From: Callorhinchus milii
Taxonomy: Eukaryota
Direction of reading: 5' to 3'
DNA: 64,000 bases
Assembly (NCBI RefSeq): GCF_018977255.1
Contig: NW_024704742.1
Location: forward strand, 3,102,001 to 3,166,000
Shown: in pieces, positions 24,275 through 37,866 of the stretch
Position numbering within the stretch: the stretch's first letter is position 1
Layout of the letters: the number at the start of each line of letters is the position of its first letter
Position numbers and translations under genes: made by a program
The notes under the pieces: generated by a model
The model's input: only the letters and a program-made list of their open reading frames with translations
Databases searched by the model: none
Told to the model about the DNA's origin: nothing

Positions 24275-24973
24275 CTACTACGACGACGACGACAACATTA
24301 CATTTGTATCGCGCCTTTCACGTCCGGAGGACGTCCCAAGGCGCTGGACAGTCAGAGTTTCGGACCCGAATTGGCGGTCGGAATCAGGATGGGTGTGATA
24401 GGGTTGCAGAGTCTGGTGCGGAAGAGGACACGGGCTGCAGAGGTATGGATGTTCTGCAGCCTATGGAGGGAGGAGTTGGGGAGGCCGACAAGTAATGAGT
24501 TTGCACAGTCAAGCCTCGATGTAATGAAAGTGTGTATGAGGGTCTCGGGGGCCTGTGGTGTGAGACAGTGTCGGAGCCGGGCGATGTTGCGGAGGTGGGG
24601 CAAGGCAGAGTGGGTCATGGCGCAGATATGGGGTAGAAAGGATAGTTGAGGCTCAAACAAGACCCCAAGGTTCCGAACTGGCTTAGCAAGGTGGAGCGAG
24701 CAGCCATGGATGGTAACGCTGTCAGCCCCGGAGGTGTGGAGGCGCTGACGAGAGCCAATCAGGAGAGTCTCGGTCTTGTTGACGTTCAACTGAAGAGAGT
24801 TAGCTCTCATCCAGGACTTGGATGAGGATAGAGTAGTCGATGGTGTCGAAGGCAGCAGAGAGGTCAAGGATGACAAGGAGCCAGAGAGAGCCCTGGTCCA
24901 GATGGACAGAATGTCATTTGTCACTTTGACCAGGGCGGTTTCTATGCTGTGGGTGGCACGGAAACCCGATTGG
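24275..24973 (-). mobile_element. L2 LINE fragment with two internal deletions
   Basis: Minus frames QSGFRATHSIETALVKVTNDIL, LDLSAAFDTID, KSWMRANSLQLNVNKTE, HLRNIARLRHCLT; 3' stem-loop. Confidence 0.93.
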
Positions 24974-24999
24974 CACTAAATACCCTGTGGTACCAGTAC

Positions 25000-25600
25000 A
25001 TCCATTCCAGATGAATTGTTGGCTTTTAGTCCCTTATCCACAATCTCAGCCTCACTTATGTTCAAGTTCTGGAGCTCAAGCAATGTTTGCTGCCCGTTTG
25101 GGGGGTGGGAATATTTTTAGTGTCTTCCCTGTTTTTTTAAAAAAAAGCCCTGTAGGAAATGATCATCTAATATGTTTGCTATCTCCTAGTTATTCTATTT
25201 GTTTAACAACCCTTCAAATCCCTTAGGGTTTTAATATCATCCTTATTTACCGATGTTCCTACTGATCCATTTTGGTGTGCTTTTATTCATTGTGCTCCTA
25301 CCGCACTCGGGTATATACTTATCTTGTGTGCACTGCATAATGTTCTTTAGAGATGTCCATTTATCCTCAACTGATTTGTCCTTGAGTAATGCCTCTCAGT
25401 CTGTCAATCAGCTCAGTCCTCGTACCCCTAAAACTTGTACATTAGCGTTTAGTTGTGTGATAGTGTCATTTTCCAAGTCAAACTGAACGTTATTGATCTG
25501 TCATCACTGTTAACGAGTTGATTAATTACATCCACTCCCTGAATAGTGTCTTGGTCTACAACAAAGTCAAGAAGGAAATTGTCCCTTGTGCTGTTTTATG
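25000..25600 (-). mobile_element. Very old CR1-like LINE remnant
   Basis: Degraded sequence resembling the CR1 endonuclease-linker region (e.g. ttggtctacaacaaagtcaag, cttgtgctgttttatgag); weak. Confidence 0.4.
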
Positions 25601-27524
25601 AGCTCCACAATATAAACGATGCATCAAAAATTCAAGGATTATTAATTTTCACAAGTGGTTTGATTTTATTTTACATTTACACACACTTATAAGTGAAATG
25701 CGGCTGCAGAATGAGTGGCTTGCAACACTTACTTAATCGACTGGGGAACTTTTTGCGTTTTAGTTCCTGACCTTCTTTTTCGTGTGGTTGGATCAGGAAT
25801 TCTTAGTGATGAACGTCTGGGACGTGGGTTAGTTTGGATGGAATTAAATGCATGTGGTTTTGAGCAGAAGGAGAATTGGTGTGTGTGTCAATCCAGAGCC
25901 AACTATGCTGAATAATACTTGATTGAAAATCTCTTATACCGTATTAGTCTTGATCTTCACTTAGCCAGGGTCAAATCGTATAGGTGCCTATTATTATTTA
26001 TTACTTGCATAATACTGGAAATGCTGGCTATAATTCAATGGCATAGTTGTTTCTATTCCATTAAACTTGAGGATGCATTTATATAATGAAATAGGGCCTG
26101 AAGGAGCATTAGCTATCTGATATAAAACTAACGGCTAAGAGGTTTGTGATATGGGAAGCGTAGTGCATCTCCAGCTTCTTGTTTAGAGTGAACTGCAACT
26201 CTTTTTATCATTCTTTAACCTTTTCTGGCAAACATGTTGTTTATTGACTGGTGCAAAATCTGGCACCTTTTGCATCACCTTTCCTAATCTTTTTTTCATG
26301 ACAATAGAAGCTATCTACCATCTTTCAATAGTTTATGTTTCGCTGCGAGGTTCTGTTAGGGTAACTATACAAAATATAGTTAAAGAACTCAAAAAAAAAG
26401 GAGGCAGTTGGTGGCGGACGGGCGGATGGGAGAAGATGATTGAATTTCAGGAGCAGTGAAGTGGAACCAACACTTTTCTTCTTCTCGTCCTTACAAGAAC
26501 GAATGTCTCTTGAGCATAGGTACTCACTTTGGAGAGAGAGGGAGGAGTCACTGAATCATTCATTGAAATATGTGATCCACTGAAACAGCCAAGTCTGGCA
26601 GAGATGGTTGATTTGATAGTAATTCATCTGGATGAGATCTTGCAAAATACGATGGGGACTCGCGGTTACAACTCCGAAACACAAGGAAGGTCAGGGGATA
26701 AATACGATAAAGACTACATTGTGGGAATAAATCAATGTGGGGTGGGTAGAGCAGGTTGGAGAGGTACGGAGAGATCGACTGGGGCATGAATTGATTTGGA
26801 GCAAAAGCTTTAAAAAGCTGTTTCATTTTCCAAATTAAATACACCCACATTTTTTTTGTGAAGAAAGAGCGTGAGCGTGCCAGTAAATCAATCTAGGTTA
26901 TATATCACTAAAAGAGATGACTGTAAGAGAAGGCGGAAAGTCTTCAAGGGATGTTCTGAAAATGGGGAAAAGAGGCGATGGCAGTCAGGGACCACAGTTG
27001 AAAGTAGAACCCTACATTAATATTACTCTGTGATGGAGTCAGAGAGGAGATCCCAAGATGTTCAACAATGCCCAGAGAGAGAGGAGGAGCATCCTTGAGC
27101 ATGTGAGGAATTCTGAAGGCCAGAGCCCAGGCGAACGACAACAACAAAATAGCGCCTTTTACGTAGGGCAGCATCTCGGAGCGCTTACTTTAGGGCAAGG
27201 GCCTTAGGGCAGAGCACCTTGAAAGCCCGAGGGTCCAAACAGCTGGGGTGTAACACAGCCCGCCTGAGACTCCTCTTCCTGCCAATCTTAGTGCAGGAGT
27301 GATCCAATGGAAGAGCCTGCACCTTGGAACCATCTGCTGATTTTTGATAGGTAAAAAGGGAGACCAGATACTGAGGAATTTGTCTTCACACAGGTAGAGA
27401 AAATATATCATCCAATATATTATCCAATCCACTCACACAATACTGATTGGAACGAAAAGGAAGCTCTAGCTCGTACCAGAAGCCAAACTCATCTCTGAGC
27501 TACAGAAAGGAGCAGATCCACCAA

Positions 27525-27620
27525 ATAATAATAATAAAAACAATCTTTGTGTTTGACATAGCACCTTATCACGTCATTGAGACGTCTCAAAACGCTTCAC
27601 GGAACATGCTGTAAAGTGTG
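27525..27620 (-). mobile_element. SINE 3' tail fragment
   Basis: atagcaccttatcacgtcattgagacgtctcaaaacgcttcac. Confidence 0.8.
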
Positions 27621-28350
27621 TATTGTGTGAAAGAATGGACTGAATTGGAGTCTAATGAGATTTCACCTGGTGAGATCTCGGTATGTAGTGCAAAGGATCA
27701 ATGCCAAATGCAAGAGCAGTGATAATCCTAATCACCTAATCAATTACAGGACATGACTGAGTTGGTCTGCAACTTTAAACGTGTCCAGAAGAGACAATTC
27801 TGTTCAATATAGGGCTGGGAATTCAGGATGCCAGCAGTATAATCAGCGAGGGATGTATTAAGTTCTATGTAATGGCATCAGCTGTCTTTTCCACAAATAA
27901 TTGCCCGTTGAGACGTCAGGAACATCCGAACAGATTGAGCCTCAGTCCTTATCTGTGCTTTCAGCGTTGAGTTCAAAGACTCAGGTCCCATGGAGTGTAG
28001 ATGAGTTCTCTGGTCCTGTCTAATGCAGGGCTAAGTATAGTTGAGAAATTAACTTATCATGAATCCTAACTTACACATCAACTAGTTGCATAAATAATAA
28101 TTATATTTTCAAACACAAAGTTTGAGAAGGATTTCTGCAATGAACCACTTCTCACACAACTTGCATCCACACTTATAAGTAAAACCAACGACATTTGTCT
28201 CCAGGCATCAAATCCTAAAGCATTTATCTATAGCTGCTCTGCAGGAGGTGTCAGTCTTTATCCATTCTCCTTGCCTGAAGAAACTTAATAATCCAGACAT
28301 TGCCAAATTCATTCCATGTCATTCCCTTATCATTCTACAGTATCTTAATG

Positions 28351-28722
28351 ATAATAATAATAATCTTTGCATTTGGTATAGCGCCTTATCGAGTATTCAA
28401 GATGTCTTAAAGCACTTCACAGAATAGACTGTAAAGCGAATTGACTATATTTTGTGGTCGAAATGCTGCAGCCAATTGCGCACAGCAGCGTCCCACAAAC
28501 AGTCGTGGATTGAGTGACCAAATTGTTATTTTTTTTGAAAGGGTTATTACCCCCAGGAAAGCGATCTGCCAATCGACTCACAACCGAGTTCCTACTTACT
28601 GCTAGTTCAACAGAGGTGTGTGCAGTAAGGAAACTTGCCTAATGTTTCACCCTGCCCAGGAATCAAACCCAGGTCCTTTCGGCTGTGAGGCAAGTGCTCT
28701 AACCACTAAGCTACAGGACTCC
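28351..28722 (-). mobile_element. tRNA-derived SINE, subfamily B, full length
   Basis: Ends ...aaccactaagctacaggactcc; carries the gtaagtaggaac block; (aat)n tail. Confidence 0.92.
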
Positions 28723-29884
28723 ACATTTTGCTCTGTTATGTTTGCCCCCCTCGCCCTCACCCCAGCACCCCCACCCACGTCAAAGTCCAACTCTTTGACC
28801 ACGCTTTTGGTCATCTTTCTCAGGAGCCAAATCAGCTGTTTGTAATATTTTGAGACATCTTCCTGAGATGTTAAACCAAACAGAAATCCTTGGGTGAAGA
28901 ATAGGTTTAGCAAATTTTGCACAACTTTGCATGATCTTAAACGTTAAGAGAAAAGTAGTCCTACGGGCTGAGAGGAGATGGAATTTTGTACCTCTGCTGT
29001 TATTTAATGGTGCGAGACATGAATCAGAATTATCAACCAGTTTAGCATCACTGGTGGGGAAATGAGGTTATTAGTGTTCAGCTAAATCTAAAGAGCAAAG
29101 GGACCAGAAAAGGAAGTAAACTTGGCCATATTTACAAATCCACTGTGATTCTCAGGAGATGACTAAATTAGAGGATGAGGAATACCCAATGGATGCATTA
29201 TACTTGAAAGCAGGTCTTCAGAGGCTTTCAAAGACAGTGAGGCCACATGGAAGTGCAGATAAATTAGTAACATAGATTAAAAACTGACTTGTTAGTACAA
29301 GAACGGAAGGTGCAGATAAATAATTTGCGAAACTCTATCTGGGGCCCAGTCAGTAACGGAGGGATTTATTCAGCATCTTACACTGTTCACAAATGACAGG
29401 GAAAGGGGTTGTTCCAGTAATACAGAGCTCGCTGCTGATGTCAAATTGGAAGACTATTCTAGGCCGTGTGATTCAAAGGAATTAAGCAGCTGAATTAATA
29501 GTGAGCGATGAACTGGAATGTGCATCAATGTATTATTAATGCACTGACCTGTTGTTAGTGGTATTGGGACAACCTTGAAATGCCTCCCCACAGGACAACA
29601 AAAAAGGTTTTCAGCCGGAGACAATTTAACCAAAACTGAATTTTAAAAAAATAATGTTCACCGCTCAGGTTGGGTGTTGTTAATTCTTGCAGCACTGCAC
29701 ATATTTTGTCATCTGACAGAACAGAGTGAGGGCTGTAAAGGACAAATTTAGGCCAGGCATCAAGAAATATTTCTTTCCATACACAGTAATTAATAGCAAG
29801 CTGCAACACACATTGCCCTTTCCTCTCTTACCCGCATTCTCACTGTTTTCGAACCAAAACACATTCCATTTGTTTTTAAAAAAT

Positions 29885-30325
29885 AAATAATTATCATTGC
29901 ATTTGATATTGTGCCTTGCCGTGTCATCGAGACATCTGAAAGCGCCTCACAGGATGTACTGCAAAGTAGTTTGACTGTGGATTTTGTAGGTGAAATGTGG
30001 CAGCCAGTTGTGCATAGCAATATCCAACAAACAGCCATGGAGTGAGTGAGGGACCAACCAATTTGATTTGGGGAATTGTTGACCAGCACACCAGGAGAAA
30101 TTCCCTTCTCTTTTCGAATAGTATCACAGGATCTTTAACATCCACCTGAACAGGCGGATGGGACCTCGGTTTAACATATCATCCGAAGGACGGCATTTCC
30201 AATAGCGTAGCATACTCCCAGTGCTGCGTTGGTGTGTCAGCTTAGACTGTATGAGGTTAAGTTCCAACGTGGGGCTTGATTCTGACACAGGAGCGAGAGT
30301 GCTACCACTGAGCAATGCTGACACA
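29885..30325 (-). mobile_element. SacSINE1-like DeuSINE, near full length
   Basis: Minus strand gctcagtggtagcactctcgc...gatatgttaaaccgaggtccc...caggtggatgttaaagatcc...aactggctgcc. Confidence 0.88.
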
Positions 30326-30404
30326 CATCTTTGACTGTATCTCACATATTCTCAGCAACTCAAGACAATGAAACTCTTTCGTCAGTTAGTCAAAACAGTG
30401 TTCA

Positions 30405-30660
30405 CTGTTTTCATTGGAGCAAAGAAGATTGAGATGGGACCTGATAGAGGTGTACGCAGTTATGAGAGGTTTGACAGAGTAAATTGTGATATTTCCACTG
30501 GTAGAGAAGTCAGTGACTAGTGGAGATAGACATAAGAAGAGTGAAAGGAGAGCTTGGGATGTTTCACACGGGGAATTGTTGGGATGTGGAATGCACTTAC
30601 CAAGTAAAGTGGTGGAATTGTGTCCATTGTGGGTTTCAAGAGGGAAATAAATAGGTATAT
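30405..30660 (+). mobile_element. CR1 LINE 3' remnant
   Basis: ttttcattggagcaaagaagattgagatgggacctgatagag = FSLEQRRLRWDLIE. Confidence 0.75.
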
Positions 30661-32132
30661 AACAATATATAACAATATCGGCCTCAATGGCTGAGGATAA
30701 AATAGAGCTTATTTGCTGTAAGTGATGAAGCTCACATTCCAACACGCTCAACACATCACACATCAGCATAATGGGATTTTTGGGGCTATTACCAATATTC
30801 ATGAGGCCAAGGTCTTCTCTTTGTCCTTCATCCAAACATATAAAGGTTAAAAATTAATGAGTGGGCCTCAGTGGAGTCTTTGCCCTTGTGAATATGTAAC
30901 AGACAGAAGTGCTATGAAATGATGGTATGCATTGTTTCATTGACTGGATAACATGGTTTTACTCCTGTATAATCTACAACAAAAACGCTTTTATTTAAAT
31001 AAATGTAGCAGGGAGCATTTACACCTTCTTGCCTCTATACAGATTCAGCTTCTTTTTTCATTTGTATTCTTTGAGTAGTTGGTGTCTGTCTCGCTCAGTT
31101 GGTGGCACTCTCACCTCTGGGTCCAACTGTTTGCCATCCTCCCTTGACAGGGTTCCTGTGGAGCTGAACAGCGTATCCTGCTTTGCATTGAAATGTCAGA
31201 ATCGAGCTGGACCTCACGTACAGTGCAGGAAGTCACATCAACGACCATCTGATAACCCAGAAGTCTGCCATTTTCTAATGCGGAAAGATGGGGAGTTGGG
31301 GCTAAAAAGCCAGATGTACCATTCTTCCGGTTAGCACACTCTTTTGAGCAAATCCTCATTCAACTGCGGAGTGTTCTAATGGGGCAGCCACGTACATAGT
31401 CACTACCCTCGGCAGTAATTCCTGAAAACCTCTGCGCGACATTTTGACATTGTAACACATACAAAAATAGCAAGGGATAGCTGACAAGGCTTTTTTTTTT
31501 TTCGCGTGGGAGGAGGAAGGAAATTGAGAATGTGTTGCGACCATCTATATCCTCAGTGTTTCCACGCGGATCTGCTGACAGTGCTGGCTGAGTTGTGTAA
31601 AATGGCCGTGTCATCTTGAAATAAACGTGATAGACAGTTAAATCAGTGCTCTGCCAAACCAATCCTGTGAATTCTAATTGACTGATTGATGACTGACTCT
31701 CTCTGTTGATGTCTTCACTGGTTTTCAAATGCAGTGATGGATATTTGGTGGAGAGTTTACTACCTACAACACATATTACAATTAAATGGTGACAATTTGG
31801 GTCACCGTTTCAAAATTATATATTTGCATTTAAGATATTTAATAGATTGTGATCGTTGGTGGATGCTATATCTCTCCCTAATCTCACTTCAAGTTATTCA
31901 CCTATCAGGATAGAGGCATTAATTGTCATTCAGGTTTTGCGTTTACAAATTGAAAACGTCCAAGGTTTGGCACTGCGTCCAATCTCCTGCGTGTGTTTTG
32001 TTCAAACATGGTCACAATACTTCTGATGTTTAATATTGCCTTCTGTGTTTGCTTACCATTGGCTTTCCTGTCCTAGCTGTGTGCAGCCATTGCATATCCC
32101 TATACCCTGCTCGCTCAGACCACATAAGCATG

Positions 32133-32573
32133 AATAATAATAATTCTTGCATTTAATAAAGCACCTTATCACATCTTAAGACGTCTCAAAGTGCTTCACA
32201 CAATATACTGTGAAGTGAATTGACCCTATATTTTTGTGGGCGAAACGTGGCAGCCAATTGCGCACAGGAGCGTCCCACAAGCCATTATTTTTTTTAAGGG
32301 ATTATTATTATTATTATTTCTTTTTTTTAAGGAATTATTACACCCGGAAAAGCAAATTGCCAATCGACTAACAACCGGTTTCCTAGGTAAGCAGAGGCAT
32401 GTGGAGTAAGGAAACTTGCCCAACGTTCGCCCTGCCGGGAATCGAACCTAAGTTCTCTCGCTTCGCCCTGCCGGGAATCGAACCTAAGTTCTCTCGCTTC
32501 GCCCTGCCGGGAATCGAACCTGAGTTCTCTCGCTTGCGAGGCGAGTGCTCTAACCACAAAGCTACAGGTCTCC
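32133..32573 (-). mobile_element. tRNA-derived SINE, subfamily B, with triplicated B-box segment
   Basis: Full SINE plus three 36-bp units at 32426-32533. Confidence 0.95.
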
Positions 32574-33454
32574 ACGGTCCTGTATGGCTAATCAAGCCAA
32601 ATGGCCATATGGCTAATCAAGTCAACTGCTGCCACAGGTTATGCACAAGATGCCCTATGGAGGATTTTACTCCACTCATTCAGGCTCCTCATAGGGACTT
32701 CCTGATCCCACAATGTAGCAAGCAAAAGCTTCCAAATTGTTACCACTCCACACATCTCCACTATTCGAGCCTTTTTGTTTTCCGCAGTCAATATCCTGCT
32801 GTTCCCAGCAAGACAGAAATCCTAATTTCTCATTTGATCGTTTTGATCTCTCACCGAACCAGACAGCGTGTCCCAACATTTCTGTATTTGCAGATTTTTT
32901 TAACACTTATTTGGGTTGCAATACAATAAAGGAATTATGAAATAAGATAGCGTTAAGATCTCTTGTGGTAGACAGCACAAAAACTTGACAGAAACCAAAC
33001 TCTACATCCTTCTAACTTCTCGAAAGAGTACTTCACATCAACTGAACTTTGGCGAGTGTAAGCAGCACCTGTCTGACTTCCTGATGTAAGGATGCCATGT
33101 AGTGTGGAAGTAAAAAAGTACAGTGGATTTGCATGTTCCTGCGGAGAAGTGATGTGAATTACAGTCAGCTGCTGAAACACAAAGTAATTGCATTTGCATA
33201 CGTTAATTACCTTTAAATTGGCCTTTTCACTGTTTTGATCACTCTCATGAATAAAAGTTGGCATGGCATGTTGCAGTAGTTAAAGGTCAGTAAAGCACAA
33301 ATGCCATCTATTAATTTCACTACATGGTGAGTTCCCAGTGTTCTCCTGACCATCAAATGGGAGGAAGGAGGGGAAAGCAAAGGGAGAATCCCAAAATCAG
33401 GAGACTCTTAAAAGAAGACCCTTTCAGACAATTTGTTTCTGCCCTTCCACAAAC

Positions 33455-33675
33455 GCCCTCTTAACAATCTTTTTGCAATCGCTTGCCAACCTGCACTTAA
33501 TACTTTCTGGAATTAGGTAAGCAGGATGCATCCCTCCAGGGAGAGAGTGGGATTCCATTCCAGCAATCCTTCTGAGATTTCCATGTGTAGGTGGGCTGCA
33601 TGAAATTCTCAGTTTGGTTTGGATACTCCTCAGCATGCCTTTGGGTTTCCGCATGTGTCAGACACCCGGCTGACC
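33455..33675 (+). repeat. Unclassified repeat family X, long copy
   Basis: ggtaagcaggatgcatccctccagggagagag...gggtttccgcatgtgtcagacacccggctgacc; colinear with the reverse complement of 62262-62465. Confidence 0.85.
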
Positions 33676-33879
33676 AACAAAAAAAGGATGGGGGATTGGG
33701 AGAGGAAGGGAATGTTGATGGGAAGATCAATGTATATTCTGGAGATTTTCTTTGGGAACCAGAGAGTATCCTTGAACAACTTTTCTTCAATATACTGAGG
33801 GTTAAAGTCCACAACGGGGACATTACACATATTTTGAAGAATTGGATGAAATGGGCTGAATGTCTTTTGCCCGGGGGAT

Positions 33880-34160
33880 GTTGTCTTGTCACACGGAGTG
33901 TCCTTCAGATGAGAAGTTAATCCAAGGTTCCTGTTTTGCCTGTTCCGGTGGACGTTAAAGAACCCGTGGCACTTTTCAAAAAGAGAAGGGAGTTCCTCCC
34001 AGTGTCCTGGTCAACAGTCTCCCAAATAAAGGTTTGCATTGGCTGTTTGTGGGACATTTCTGTGTGTAAATTAGCTGATGGGTTCACTTGCAAAATATGC
34101 TTTGCAGTATATCCTGTGGCAACATAATAAGGCACTATATTAAAGGCAAGGATTATTGTT
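33880..34160 (+). mobile_element. SacSINE1-like SINE, 5'-truncated
   Basis: ggtggacgttaaagaacccgtggcact...ggctgtttgtgggacatt...aaggcactatatt. Confidence 0.8.
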
Positions 34161-34694
34161 ATATGTTTTACGCTTGTTACAGTATATAATATATGGCTTG
34201 TCTTTGATTCTGTAATGCCGTACATTCGATTGAATTTTATAAAGTTTGGAAAATACACCATCAAAACGTGTTGCTAAAATTAGTAACAATGATGATAATA
34301 ATAATAATCCTTGCATTTTTTAGTACTGTACCAAATTAATCCATCTGTGCAACTTCCACACATTCTGTCCCCTATTACCTGCTTCGAAGATATCAACGCT
34401 GGTTGCTGGAATTTTAAGCTTAGCCCAAGTAGCCAGCAGAAAACCTCTTCTCACGCTGCAGCCTTAGTTGAAAGAGCGACAAATTGACTCTCCAGAGAAT
34501 AAACATTATGTGCTGGAGCACAGTAATTTACCCACTGTAGATTCTAATCTGTATTGTCATGCTACAGCGCTCCCAAGGATATCTAGTGTTAAAGGTGATT
34601 TAAGTATATCAGACTGGGATTAACTTGCTCCCTGTAGTATATACTGAGATTTATTCTGTTTCAAACACGTTATTTATATATATATGTTATATAT

Positions 34695-35010
34695 ACAATA
34701 ATCCTTGTATATTGATATACATCCACGACACGTCTCAAAGCATTTCACAGAATTTACCGTAACACATAGTGGGGGCTGTGTGTTTGGACGCGAACATTTT
34801 GATAATAGCAACGTCCCACAAACAGCCATGAAATGAATGACCGATTTTATTTATCTGGGGGATTGGTAGCCAGACACCGGGAAAAATTCCCTTCTCTTTT
34901 TGAAGGAAAGCAGCATTCCCCTTGCACTGAACTGGATTGTCAGCCTGGACTATGTGAGTTCAAATCCCAACATGGGGCTGGAACATGCAGGGAGATTGCT
35001 ACCAACACGT
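34695..35010 (-). mobile_element. SacSINE1-like SINE, degraded
   Basis: tcccacaaacagccatg and tail aataatccttg on the plus strand. Confidence 0.7.
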
Positions 35011-35089
35011 GTGGTAAGCTATTCCACATCACCTTTTATGTAGTTAGCAAGCAATGAAATGATTAATAATAATCATTATATATCATATA

Positions 35090-35500
35090 TCACCCTTATT
35101 CTCACCTCCACTGGCTCCTATCCTCCAGTTCAAGGTGTCAATTTCAAATAACTCCTCTGCATAACCCACCCGACCTCTCCGACCTCCTCAAACCACACCG
35201 ACCCAGCTGCTCCCTTCACTCAGTGGGCATTGCTTGCATCACATACCCTATCCCACCATTGTTGAGTGGGCTTTCAGCCTATCTACTCCCAACTGGATTT
35301 CCTCAGACTTGCCCCCTCCCTCACCTCATTAAAGGTTTGTCTCATATCCGACTTCTTTGACTGAACTTTCATCCATCTTTCCCCTCCACAACCCCCCCTT
35401 GGATTTCACTCCCAGCTCAGGTGCCAAGCCAAGACTGTCAAGTGCCTTGGGACGTCCTCCCGAAGTGAAAGACACTATAAATGTAAATTTGCATTCTGTA
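35090..35500 (+). mobile_element. L2 LINE 3' fragment, old
   Basis: cacctccactggctcc (HLHWL) ... gtgccttgggacgtcctcccgaagtgaaagacactat. Confidence 0.8.
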
Positions 35501-36769
35501 TTTGTAATATTTAGTGTGAGAATATTTAACCATCATAAGCCACTGAGATTGTTCTCATTTCAACAGCTTTAACACAAGTCAATGTTCTACCAATGTTCTA
35601 AAAATTAGCCAAAGATTTTGCCACGACGAGAACCTCTGACACCAGCCTCACTCTTCCCATCCCCACCCCCACCCCGCCCTGTCACTTGCTTTATTATTAT
35701 TGAAGCTTATCACTGAATCAATGAACGCTCAGCAGAGTAGAGAGCTTCACAGCAGACAGACTAGGAAGGGAATGAGCAAGATCATTAGGGTAGGGCAGGC
35801 TTTACTCAACAAAACATCAAGATGGAAGGCTATAGCGGTGAGGTTATAATCAGGTTTCAGACACTCAGCTAAATGCAAGGGAATGTCACCGAAATTAATG
35901 GTGAGAGAAGATAAGAGGGAGAGAAGCTGAATCAGATTTTGGACAGTTCACTGCTAGGGGGAGAAACGGGATGAGACTCTTTGCAATATTGCACCGTTCA
36001 GTGTATTTTTGACAGAAGGGATCAGGTTAAATTGGCACCAGGGGCAGAATTTCCATGGTGACACAGGAGCCTTACACAAAATGTAAACATTTTCTGATCA
36101 GATGGAGCAGCGAAAGAACTGGTCTGACACAGAGCGAGTTTGAAGCGGGGGGGGGGGGCATCTGGGGGGAGAGAGGTAGTGAGAAGTGTCATCACTACCA
36201 ATGCTTTAGGAAAGAAATTGACAGACAAGTAGACTTGAGCCTTTAGTCTTTCTTTAGCTGTACTGTCAGACTAGTGACACTGCTCAGCCCAATAGCCGTC
36301 CCTGTCTTTGGCATTCGGAGCACCGCACCATGACCCTAATGATCTTGCTTATTCCTCGCTGCTTATAATTGATCCCAGCAAGCTCCTGTTGATGGGTCAA
36401 GATCTTTACTCTGTGAGGCTTTTTCGATTACTTTTTTATCATTATCACAGCCTGTCAATGCAAGTTATCCATCGCCAAGCACTGGATGGGTGGGGGTAGT
36501 GGTGTCCAAACCTGGCCTTAAAAAATCTAATTTGAACTTCCCTCTAAACACAGCTAACTCACAGCTTCAAAGTATGTGTAGACACACATGCTCACCAATT
36601 TAAGTATAGCAAAGTCCCAGTTTTTTATCTGCAGGGTTTTTGCTCAAGACATCTTCTCTTCTCTTTTTAAATGATATGAAAGGGAAAGAAATCATTCTCC
36701 CAAAGTCAGAGGAGTGATCAGTACCAGACCCACCATTAAACACAGCCCATGGATCTCAGCTGGAAATCA

Positions 36770-37100
36770 GGTCCATATAGTCTATGCTGATACTCCAGTG
36801 CGGTGCTGGGAATGTGCTGTATTGTCAGAGGTATCATCCATCAACTGACAGGTTAAACCAAGGTCCTATCTGCCTATCCAGGTGGACGTTAAGGAATCCA
36901 TGGCACTATTCAAAAAAAGAAGAGAAAATGTTTTCTTCCAATGTCCTGACCAACAGTCCTCCAGATAAAAACTGGGACATTGCTGCACTCAAATGGTTTG
37001 CCTACACAAACACTACGCTATACAGAAAATCCTGTGAAGCACCGTGAGACATTTTGATTAAGTGAAAAAGCACTATTTAATGCAAGGACTATTATTACTT
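36770..37100 (+). mobile_element. SacSINE1-like SINE, degraded
   Basis: caggtggacgttaaggaatccatggcactatt; tail gaaaaagcactatttaatgcaaggactattatt. Confidence 0.78.
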
Positions 37101-37609
37101 TGATAGTATCTGTATTGGCATCCATGCAGCTACCTGAAAGGTTTCTGTTTATTCCAAATCCAGGTGCTAGTGAATTCAATGAAAAGCATTAGAGAATGTC
37201 CCTAGCTCCAGACATGACAAAATTAACCTCATAAATTCAGGCCTAGACGGAAGCTTTGTGGAGGGAGATCTGACTGACACCTCCCTATTAGACCAGGTAT
37301 TGCTACGTTTACGCTTGTATCTGTCTGTGATCTATGTAATCAATGTCATTTACTTTTTGTCATCCGAAGCTCACGACTCCAGCGATAAATTCTTCAAAAT
37401 CAAGCAACAACAAGTGGGCGTGTTCACAAAGAAGAAGCGTCAGTCTGAGCAACGATGGAAAATGGGGGTTGTGGGGGTGGTGTGGCAAGATCAAAAAAAA
37501 ATTACAGCAGAAATTAAACAGGACACATGTAAGAACGAGGATAGAGCGCACTATTTTAGCTTTTGGATAATTTGAGCATTTTGGGTTTGGGATGGAAACG
37601 AATCGTAGC

Positions 37610-37827
37610 AGAGCCTGGGTAGCTCAGTTGGAAGCCCGTTCACCTCCGAGTCAGAAGTTTGTGGTGTCCAGCAACACATCAGGACTTTGAGCTCATCGTC
37701 CAAGGTGACACTCTAATTGCAGTGCTGAATTGTCGGAATTTCTCCTGGTGGTCTGTCTGGCCAACAACCATCGCCCAGAAAAAAAAAATTGTGTTCATTT
37801 CTTAGTTGTTTGGGACATTGCTGAGTG

Positions 37828-37865
<38 letters not shown>
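37610..37865 (+). mobile_element. SacSINE1-like SINE, internally deleted
   Basis: gtagctcagttgg...gagtcagaag head; tgggacattgctg; (ATT)n. Confidence 0.65.

Positions 37866-37866
<1 letters not shown>

Noticed and set aside
32426..32533. CRISPR-like 36-bp repeats
   Set aside because: No spacers, eukaryotic context, and the units are a SINE head segment.
32583..32621. Direct repeat tatggctaatcaag twice, next to a SINE
   Set aside because: Both copies lie on one side of the SINE, so it is a small local duplication and not a TSD.
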